DNA from: Lingula anatina
Lineage: Eukaryota > Animalia > Brachiopoda
Assembly: GCA_051362555.1 (NCBI GenBank)
Contig: CM120641.1
Location: forward strand, 38,012,401-38,076,400
DNA: 64,000 nucleotides
Direction of reading: 5' to 3'
The notes under the pieces were generated by a model, which did not search any database, was not told where the DNA came from, and saw only the letters and a program-made list of their open reading frames with translations. Shown piece by piece: positions 38,286 through 49,100 of the stretch (within the stretch, counting starts at the first letter, position 1; each line of letters starts with the position of its first letter). The translations under genes and the position numbers were made by a program.

Positions 38286-39849
38286 TCAATAATATCCACC
38301 AAATATGCTATCTACACGTAATGGTTCTCTAAAGTACACCATACATCTGCCATCCCCAAAGTAAACTGCTTCTCCCACAGAAATTTGAATTGGCTGAACT
38401 GCACTATTGCCCAAAATCTCTGGTTCCATACTTATCATTTCAACCAGATCACCACCTGCTTGTACAGGTGAGTATCCCTTAGCGCAACCAATTGTGATGT
38501 GTGCCTTGCTACCATATCCAGATGTTACATTGTATGTACTGAATGCTCTACGACTGGCTGCTTTCTTTAAATCTTCTTTTTTAGGACCTCCATGTTGTCT
38601 AGGTTTCTGTTTTTCAGCTTGTGGTGTCTTTGTCTTTTGGGATGAAGATTTTGAACTGTCCTGGACAGTCAGTTTGCTCATCAAAGTCTCTAAGGCACCA
38701 TCATCCTTATCACGTTTCAAGTCATCTTCATTTCCCCATAGCTTTAACTGTTCTTTACTAAGCCTCACTCGAGCTGTGAGTGTCTTCGGTGTCAGTACAA
38801 TCCCTATAATCTCAAGGCTAGATGAACGATTCATGGACTGTTGAACAATATCACTCCTTGCATAGTCTCCACTACCTGGCACTTTTCCTTTGCCACAAAA
38901 TTTGGCAGTGCAATGAAGTTTCTTACCACCAGCAAAGCCTTCACGAGAGTAGTAATTTTGAGCACTTCCACGGTTCTCTCCAAAACCTGTGATAAAATAC
39001 TGAGGATTACTCAAATTTGCCTGTGATAAAACATGTCTTTATACAAGTTTAATATATAAAAATATTTTTAAAACTTTCATAGGTTTTAACTGACATATAA
39101 CAAATATATCAAAATGCAGAGAGGCAGAAAACCACTATAAGAACACAGAATGCTTTTAAAGATCATGTCCAAACAATTCTCAAAGACAATTAAATAAACA
39201 TACCTATATTGTTTTTTATACATTCTCTGAACTGATCCACTTTTGTAAAACATTCCTGATAGACTGACATTCCCTGCTGGAGTATCATCTCCGAGTCAGG
39301 ATAGTTCAAAAACCAAGCATAATACAATGGAATCATATCTTCAAAGTCCTCAAGCATATGCTCAATAGCATCTAATGGCACATTATGTGTATTCTTCTTA
39401 AAAAGTTCATTTTTGTCCTTATTCCACAATGTCTTGGGTGTCACTAATATAACATGATAGTTAAATTTATGGGCAAGTTCTACATACTGCTGTGTTTTTC
39501 TCTGTTTGAGATTAGTGCTATCAATAATTACCACTGGTGCACCACTAGCTAAGGCTTCTAATGCTTTTTGCTGACAGGCTGCATGTGCTTCATTCAATAG
39601 TGATATATCGAACATATACACAGAACCATGCATAAAAAAGTCATCCGATGTGCAGCATACTGAGTGTTTATACTTCTTCTTGATCAGCTTAGCAAGAGTT
39701 GTCTTTCCAGAGCCAGCAACACCTTGCATGATAAACACAACCTGCGACCTCTTGATGTAAGCAATTGTATCAGCATCTTGTAAGAAAGGGAAATTTGTTG
39801 ACTCATCATGTTGTTGTTTTTTCTTCTTTTTGGATTTCTTTTTCCTCAT
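38286..39849 (-). CDS. CNP: 2',3'-cyclic-nucleotide 3'-phosphodiesterase homologue (PNK-like P-loop domain + 2H phosphoesterase), ~448 aa
   Basis: Exons 39849-39204 and 38986-38286 join in frame (646+701 nt). FPFLQDADT..FIMQGVAGSGKTTLA matches the CNP N-terminus; both HxT motifs present (LHCTAKFCG, AHITIGCA); TPKTLTARV and terminal IFGGYY are also CNP-like. Confidence 0.9.
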
Positions 39850-40399
39850 TACCAGGAAGCTGCACCACCTATCTATTGAAAAATTAAAAACATATTTTAA
39901 ACATATTTTACAAGTATTTGTAAAATCGTAACTTTTTGCTAAAATTGACAAAATGTATTACAAAATTTTTGGGCTGGTTTGCTTGGGCTGGACTCACTGT
40001 AAATTTATCTTTGACCAAATTAAACATCCACATTTTAGACTCCCTATACCCCAAATACTGGGAAAACCCCCGATTCAATTCCATGTATCCATGAAAGTGT
40101 TACGTGTTAGTACTCCTACTTAGGGCTTCTGAGGTGTACTGCATGTGCTTAAGTACAACCAAGAACAGAAATATATAGAAATAGCTAGCCATACCGCATA
40201 CGCTGTATGAAAACAATCATAACCTAACTTTCACTTTCACTGTGTCAGCTTGATTTTACCGATTGTTGTCTATTAGTCTTTCAAATGTTGCAATGGCCAA
40301 GTGCAAAACTTACCATATTCAAGTTTAAGTTAAACAAATATGTCAGGTCGTGAAAGGAGTTCGTTAAAAATTCGTGAATCAGTATTACCAAATCATCAG

Positions 40400-40560
40400 A
40401 ACCTTTACTCTGCTTGCATCTCACTTCCTCGTAACACCCAGCCGGTGTTTTGCAAAAACAAGTCCTTGCCAAAATATGTACGTTTTGGATGCGCGTTGGG
40501 CTTTTGCGCACAAAATGGCTACCGAAACTTCCGGCTGCGAAAATACGTCCGATTTGTAAA
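40400..40560. promoter_or_regulatory. Bidirectional promoter between CNP and the + strand transcript
   Basis: CpG-rich patch with cacttcc, YY1-like caaaatggct and ETS-like acttccgg; minus-strand donor at ~40313 and plus-strand donor gtgagt at 40628. Confidence 0.6.
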
Positions 40561-43420
40561 ACATTTTTTTCAAACTCCGAATTTAAGATATTTGGGAGTA
40601 CAATGACCAACGAAATGTAACCCATTGGTGAGTACAGATCACTTTCTGATTTTTATAATATATGTATTTGTTGAAACGTTTATTTATATTTGATAATTCA
40701 GCGACTTTTTAAATTGTTTCAGTCTGGTCGCCTTTTATTTGATGAATTATTTTTCCAAACTCTAAATTTGATATTTTTTAGGGTGTATTGACCAATTAAA
40801 AGTATCTTATAGGTGATGAAAGATCACTTTCTTGACTTGGTGTGCATAGCAAGTGAAATGGATATATGCAAAAGTGATATTTTAGGGCTTTTGTGTATTG
40901 ATAGTGTCGACGCCTGTTTTGTACGACCCACGTAGTAAGAAAGATTCAAAAAGCTTTTCATTGTAAGTTTATGATAAAGTGACAGACCATACTAGGTACT
41001 GATTTATACATTCTTATTGCAGTTTGAGTTTCAGATAAAAACAAGTGATCCAAATAATGTTTTAGGTACTTTATTTAGGTTACATTGCTGTGTAGGCTGG
41101 TGTCCGTAATAATATACCAGTAGCTGTTTGATTACTAACCTTCTTTTTTCTGTTTCAAAGTTTTTTTCATTAGTGACACGGCTAACAATTTTCCAAATGA
41201 AGAATGTTTTAGGAGACCAACAGTGAAAAGGCAGCATGTGTGGAGAGCAACTAACAGTGAAGAAGTTTCTTGAGAAGATATACATACTGAAGGCACACCA
41301 CTAAGTTTTGTGAAACAGGCTTGTGTAAATTGGTAAGCATTTCCTAAGGTGCTCTATGACTCATCTAATATCAACAGTGTTGTTAGGCACTCTATAAACT
41401 TCACAAAATCCAATGTTAAATGTAATCTGTAAAATTTGAGAAGGAGATACTGAATACTCCATTTAGTTTTAAATGTAAGCTATCACATAAGGCACATATA
41501 GCATGTCCCATGCCCAGATTTTATTACTCTGCCTCTGCTAGCTAGGACAATGCACGTGTGAGGCTGGGAATCTTTTACTATAGTACTATTGTCAGGATAT
41601 TGTGCAGCATACTTTCAAGTATTGCCATATTTGATCTGTGAACTAACTGCATTCTGATTATGCCTATACATAACAATAAAAATTCATTAGCTAAAATAAC
41701 ACTTGATCTGTCCTAGGGGCCGTAGCAATAGTCCGAAGGTTCAATGGTCTGAAGGTTCAATAGTCCGAAGGATATAGAACTATATTTTATATAGAAATTC
41801 ACTATAGAACCTTCTGACCAATGAACCCTTGAACAAAAAATCGATGAAAATGTTACCACTTTTCGGACCAATGAACCTTCGGACTATCGAGACGCCCTCC
41901 TGTCCTATATAGAGCATCTTTGAATATTATAATACAAAATTAATATATCCATAGGAAGCAGTCCCCCGAATTAGATACAATGCTATGTTTGTCTGGGGCA
42001 AGATTTCAAGTCTTAATAAAGCATCATACTTGAAAAAACTTTCTAAAAATCCTGTGTTTCAATGATTTCTCAAAAGTTAATGGTTTAAAGATCGATATTA
42101 GTGCATCTCATTGTTAATATAGACAATAGCATTCATATTTTCACTCGAAGACTGTGTCAATACATGTTAAGTAATAAAGTTATGGGCACACAAAAATTAC
42201 ATACTATACAAACACACTCAAGCACAAACACATACACATGCAAAAATAATTAATTTTTTTTTTGTGTGTTTTCCAGATGAAAACTGTATTGAAGAGACCA
42301 CTGCACTGAGATTGCTGTGATAGCACTGCTGAGACAGTCACATAATTTACAATTTTTTAAGCCTTCATGATGCCCGAAGTTTTGAATTGTTTTTAATATT
42401 ATGGACTAATTAGTGGATATTGCAAAAAGTTTACCACACTAAAACTTCTGAAACATAATTCTACTGTTAATGTTATGATATCATATTAAACTAAAATAGT
42501 CTTCACACTATTAGCTTATTCTCAAGCTAGACAAAAAGTCTTCATTAGATAAAGATTGTTGTGAGTATTTGTTTCTCTGTGCTTTGAGGTTCGGTGCATG
42601 GCCTAACCATAAGCTAAGGCTGTATCCACACAGCTTGCTATTGGAATAGCAATATTTTGAAAGTCTCTTTTTTCTGTTGCTTTCAGTAACATCTACATAC
42701 ATGTGTGCTCCCCCATTCCAATCTTCATTAGAAAGAATGCAGCAGTCACCTACCCCAAATGTGTACAAGAGTAAGTATAATGGCTATCCAGTGACTAGAT
42801 CAATTGTTTTTTAAATTTTAGAAAATTCTTTTGGAATTACAAGCCACATATGGATGCAGTATCATGGTAAAAATTTCAACCTGGAACACAATATTTTAAA
42901 TTGTTATCAAACAATCTAAGTAATAAATATCTTTACATTGATAAGAAAGATATCACCCAAGTGTCTCTTCCATTTTTAAACATGGTTGTTTTGAGGCTTA
43001 GAAGTGTATTTTTCTACTGATAACTGTATAATGACGAAAGGTATGTTTTTCTAGTTAAATAACTGAAGTGGATGTTCTCTTGCAAATTACCATGTCTGTA
43101 ACTTTTGCTGAATCTACTTGTATTGTTCATATCATTGGCTAACATTTGAGAATTATTTTACTTCAGGAATGAGATGTGCTCAAGAAGATATTCACTCATG
43201 GAAAGCCAAATCTTGGATTTTTATTGGTTGTATCACTTCATGTTCTCATTTATTGTATCGTGCTTACATTTTCTATTACAACCTTCTACTGCAGTACAGT
43301 TAATTCTTGCCGGGTCTACAAGTACAGCATTTAATACAACAGAAATCCTGAGGCAAGATGTGTGTGCAGTGTGCCTTGTATCCATTTGTAGATCCCAATA
43401 AATACAATTCATTTTGGTGT
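40500..43420 (+). ncRNA. Putative spliced non-coding transcript, candidate snoRNA host gene
   Basis: Canonical splice sites (donors 40628 and ~41333; acceptors ~41173, 42277, 43147), aataaa at 43397, and only very short ORFs in the 5' exons. Possible further exons at ~43660-43732 and ~44216-44330 with aataaa at 45981. Confidence 0.45.
41716..41899. mobile_element. MITE with 8-bp TSD and sub-repeated TIRs
   Basis: ctgtccta at 41708-41715 and 41900-41907; arms built of atagtccgaaggttca units and their reverse complements. Confidence 0.8.
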
Positions 43421-45334
43421 TTTTTTGTATACATTCATTTTGATTATCCAGACCTTGTTTGCAGTAAAAAAAAATTAGATATTATTCTGACCAAAGTCTG
43501 AAATAAAATTTAACCAAAATTTAATCATAAGAAAATATAACTGTGTCACAACAAATGCTGTAATTTCCATACTTTTGGTTATGGAGTCACATGTGTTTAT
43601 AAATGAAAGTGAAATATATCAGTTAAATTATCTTTATTTTTTTTGTAGTTATGCCTGTTAAAAGGACTGATAAGGAAGGTGGTGGCTTCCGACTGGACAA
43701 TCTTATTGTGGATAACCTGAAAAAATGTAAATGGTAAGTGTTTGCAAGTTTTTTTAAAGGGTGAAAAACTGTTCATTCTGTCCCAAAGGGAATTTTTGGG
43801 GGGCAAAAGATTATATATATCTATTATGACATTCAAAGTTAGTGCAGTACATGTTTTTTAAAAAAGTTTAATTTTTTTTATCATTGAAAGGGATTAATAC
43901 TGTTAGTTTGAGATTAATATCATTACATAAGTGGTTATTACAGTTAATCAGACTTTTGGAAAAAAATCCTGGACTAACTGTGAATGTTGGAGCAGATTCA
44001 TAAACAATCGGTCAGCATGAGAAAAGCCTGTTTTGGTGGTAAAATAGAATGTATAGTATTTTTAAGATATAGTAACTATGTTTTTATTATGATATATTAA
44101 TTTCAAATAAACAGTTGTGATCATTTCAAATTTTTATAATCTTGGAAAAGTTAGTTTATGCGTAATTGAAAATTAGCACTATGAAATGTGCTGTATGTAT
44201 GTTTCTTTTATTTAGGGGAAAGGTGGACAACTACAGCTGTCTGTTTTAAACCTTTTGATTTCAAGATTCAGGGCTAGATGGCTTCATGCATTGTTCAGCT
44301 GAAACAGTTGAGAGTTAAATTACTTTACTAGGTTAATTAAGCACAAGTTACCTTTAATTGAGTGCTAATCTCCACATCTGTCAATCAGTGTTATCAGATT
44401 CTAGACCTGCTTGTCACATTATAGGGTCCCATGCTCTGTATTTGTGTATGTATCTCTTGACATGTACAATTTTGTGCTTTTGTCATTTGGCCAGTTAAAC
44501 CTGGAGATATTTTTTCAGTTCCAAAATTAGAAATTTTGTTGCAAAATGCAAGTACCAATAAGCATATAGTTTCCTGCATATTTACACATTTGATGGGCCT
44601 TAAATTCCTACCTTAAAGTAATAACTCCTTATACATTATTACTGTTATTCAAAGAAGAAATTATTATATTTCACTATAGGTGCCTTATTCCTTAGTCTCC
44701 TTAAATGTTGGAGATATGTCAAGATTGTATATACTTGCTCTTTTTATCTCAAGACCTATGCAAATATTGATTGCAATTAGTTTTAAGGGGCATATACTGA
44801 AAATGTTACTTTGAGGTTTTAATGATCAATACCATGCTCTTATGTGATTAAGATATTTTAGTTGTGTTCAACTGTAGCTTTAAATTTATTTCTGAACCTT
44901 CAGTTCAGATATTACTTTTGCCTTGTAAGCAAAGTTAAAATTGTGACTATGGGTCCAACACAGCTCCAACTCTCAATCTAGGAATCACAAAGCTGTATTG
45001 ATATTTGAATTATAATAAATGTATGTCTAGTGTGAAAATAGTTTAATTTACAATATTTTATTTAGAACTAAAAACCATAGTAATTAATCTTTACCTTGAA
45101 AATAATGTTCATTGGGATGTTTTAAAGCCAAATATCTGGAATTTGACATGTATAGATTCTCTTTGTAAGATGTCATCTGAACAGTAGTATGTGCATTAGA
45201 CAATTTGCAATGTGGTTCCAGTATCTATTTTATACCTGCTCGACAAGAGGTTTAACATATATTTTAAATGTTACAATTGCTGAATATATATTCAATTCAG
45301 CACAGGCTAATATATATTTGTGACCTAGATAAAT

Positions 45335-45573
45335 AGACCATTTGCACATATTTTTGGACGAATCTATCTCCCTGGGCAGTCTCACTAAATTGCAACCAAC
45401 TTAACTGGCCTAAATGTCTGTCAGGCCTAGTAAAGCTGTTAGGGGTAAATATCTTTACCCTAGCTGATTTGGTAGGCGTGACAGACATTTAAGCCTCTTG
45501 AGCTGATAGCAATTTAGTGTGACTCCCCATGAAGTTAGGTTGATCCAGATCAATCTAAGTATGGAAACCTAGT
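45335..45573. mobile_element. Diverged foldback MITE related to 8262/10202
   Basis: Shares atctatc..gtctcacta..ctggc.taaatgtc..aagctgt.aggggt; internally palindromic (ctaaattgc / gcaatttag, taaatgtctgtca / tgacagacattta). Confidence 0.6.
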
Positions 45574-46151
45574 CAAAATGAAATTGTCAAAAGGAATTTA
45601 TTTATGTAAATGATTTGAAGATTATCTTTGTAATTGTGCCAGTACAGAGGATATTGTGGACATTATGTTTGAGGTGTTGGATACAAACTGTATGAGCACT
45701 GCTGTTCAGTAATCTTTTAAGATTGATCACTCTGTACCAAGGCGGCATAAACAGACTGGAAACAACAGACCACTGGTTTCAACCCAAAGGACTGAAGCAT
45801 TTCCATTGATCTTGCTTTACACTAGCAGCTGGGAAAGGCAATAGGTTTTCAAATTTGTTTGATATTACTTGGATGTCACCTGTTTGTTCAATTTAACTGT
45901 TAATGACAATCTGTTCCTAAGCAACTACTTTTTATGTATAGACATTGTTTCTTTAACTGAGCCAAGGAATTTTGTTTCACAATAAATCTTTGTAAATCAG
46001 TCATTTCTTCAATTTTGGAATTTTCTATATTTAACATTGACATAGTTCTTGACTAACATAGCAGTAATTTTGACCTGATATTATTTATTAACATATTTTA
46101 CATAAATAATACACAACAAAGATCTATCATGACAGACAACACAAAAATTAG

Positions 46152-49100
46152 TAAGCTGTTGTCAAGGACTTATTTTAGCAGGTGGCATACCTATTTTGGC
46201 AGCTTGTTTCCTATGACAAAACACCAAAAATATATGACCTGCTAACTTGAACCAAGAAGTAAAACTGATCTAACAATAAATCATGGCCACATTTTACAAA
46301 TATGTTAAATAACTGGGGCCTACCGTGACAGAATATACATATATAAGTAAGCTGTTGTCAAGGACTTATTTTAGCAGGTGGCATACCTATTTTGGCAGCT
46401 TGTTTCCTATGACAAAACACCAAAAATATATGACCTGCTAACTTGAACCAAGAAGTAAAACTGATCTAACAATAAATCATGGCCACATTTTACAAATATA
46501 TTAAATAACTGGGGCCTACCGTGACAGAATATACATATATAAGTAAGCTGTTGTCAAGGACTTATTTTAGCAGGTGGCATACCTATTTTGGCAGCTTGTT
46601 TCCTATGACAAAACACCAAAAATATATGACCTGCTAACTTGAACCAAGAAGTAAAACTGATCTAACAATAAATCATGGCTCCATTTTACAAATATATTAA
46701 ATAACTGGGGCCTACCGTGACAGAATATACATATATAAGTAAGCTGTTGTCAAGGACTTATTTTAGCAGGTGGCATACCTATTTTGGCAGCTTGTTTCCT
46801 ATGACAAAACACCAAAAATATATGACCTGCTAACTTGAACCAAGAAGTAAAACTGATCTAACAATAAATCATGGCCACATTTTACAAATATGTTAAATAA
46901 CTGGGGCCTACCGTGACAGAATATACATATATAAGTAAGCTGTTGTCAAGGACTTATTTTAGCAGGTGGCATACCTATTTTGGCAGCTTGTTTCCTATGA
47001 CAAAACACCAAAAAAATATGACCTGCTAACTTGAACCAAGAAGTAAAACTGATCTAACAATAAATCATGGCCACATTTTACAAATATATTAAATAACTGG
47101 GGCCTACCGTGACAGAATATACATATATAAGTTAACTGTTGTCAAGGACTTATTTTAGCAGGTGGCATACCTATTTTGGCAGCTTGTTTCCTATGACAAA
47201 ACACCAAAAATATATGACCTGCTAACTTGAACCAAGAAGTAAAACTGATCTAACAATAAATCATGGCCACATTTTACAAATATGTTAAATAACTGGGGCC
47301 TACCGTGACAGAATATACATATATAAGTAAGCTGTTGTCAAGGACTTATTTTAGCAGGTGGCATACCTATTTTGGCAGCTTGTTTCCTATGACAAAACAC
47401 CAAAAATATATGACCTGCTAACTTGAACCAAGAAGTAAAACTGATCTAACAATAAATCATGGCCACATTTTACAAATAAATTAAATAACTGGGGCCTACC
47501 GTGACAGAATATACATATATAAGTTAACTGTTGTCAAGGACTTATTTTAGCAGGTGGCATACCTATTTTGGCAGCTTGTTTCCTATGACAAAACACCAAA
47601 AATATATGACCTGCTAACTTGAACCAAGAAGTAAAACTGATCTAACAATAAATCATGGCCACATTTTACAAATATATTAAATAACTGGGGCCTACCTTGA
47701 CAGAATATACATATATAAGTTAACTGTTGTCAAGGACTTATTTTAGCAGGTGGCATACCTATTTTGGCAGCTTGTTTCCTATGACAAAACACCAAAAATA
47801 TATGACCTGCTAACTTGAACCAAGAAGTAAAACTGATCTAACAATAAATCATGGCCACATTTTACAAATAAATTAAATAACTGGGGCCTACCGTGACAGA
47901 ATATACATATATAAGTAAGCTGTTGTCAAGGACTTATTTTAGCAGGTGGCATACCTATTTTGGCAGCTTGTTTCCTATGACAAAACACCAAAAATATATG
48001 ACCTGCTAACTTGAACCAAGAAGTAAAACTGATCTAACAATAAATCATGGCCACATTTTACAAATATATTAAATAACTGGGGCCTACCGTGACAGAATAT
48101 ACATATATAAGTTAACTGTTGTCAAGGACTTATTTTAGCAGGTGGCATACCTATTTTGGCAGCTTGTTTCCTATGACAAAACACCAAAAATATATGACCT
48201 GCTAACTTGAACCAAGAAGTAAAACTGATCTAACAATAAATCATGGCCACATTTTACAAATATGTTAAATAACTGGGGCCTACCGTGACAGAATATACAT
48301 ATATAAGTAAGCTGTTGTCAAGGACTTATTTTAGCAGGTGGCATACCTATTTTGGCAGCTTGTTTCCTATGACAAAACACCAAAAATATATGACCTGCTA
48401 ACTTGAACCAAGAAGTAAAACTGATCTAACAATAAATCATGGCCACATTTTACAAATATATTAAATAACTGGGGCCTACCGTGACAGAATATACATATAT
48501 AAGTTAACTGTTGTCAAGGACTTATTTTAGCAGGTGGCATACCTATTTTGGCAGCTTGTTTCCTATGACAAAACACCAAAAAAATATGACCTGCTAACTT
48601 GAACCAAGAAGTAAAACTGATCTAACAATAAATCATGGCCACATTTTACAAATATATTAAATAACTGGGGCCTACCGTGACAGAATATACATATATAAGT
48701 TAACTGTTGTCAAGGACTTATTTTAGCAGGTGGCATACCTATTTTGGCAGCTTGTTTCCTATGACAAAACACCAAAAATATATGACCTGCTAACTTGAAC
48801 CAAGAAGTAAAACTGATCTAACAATAAATCATGGCCACATTTTACAAATAAATTAAATAACTGGGGCCTACCGTGACAGAATATACATATATAAGTAAGC
48901 TGTTGTCAAGGACTTATTTTAGCAGGTGGCATACCTATTTTGGCAGCTTGTTTCCTATGACAAAACACCAAAAAAATATGACCTGCTAACTTGAACCAAG
49001 AAGTAAAACTGATCTAACAATAAATCATGGCCACATTTTACAAATATATTAAATAACTGGGGCCTACCGTGACAGAATATACATATATAAGTTAACTGTT

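Noticed and set aside
38407-38844. 145-aa + strand ORF
   Set aside because: Antisense shadow of CNP exon 2, with no independent motifs.
39852-39951. N-terminal extension of the 253-aa ORF (MSILAK...)
   Set aside because: Non-ATG start running through intronic sequence upstream of a splice acceptor; the first in-frame ATG is at 39849.
40281-40625. Overlapping ORFs on both strands
   Set aside because: They lie over a CpG-rich promoter, have no recognisable motifs, and are cut by splice donors.
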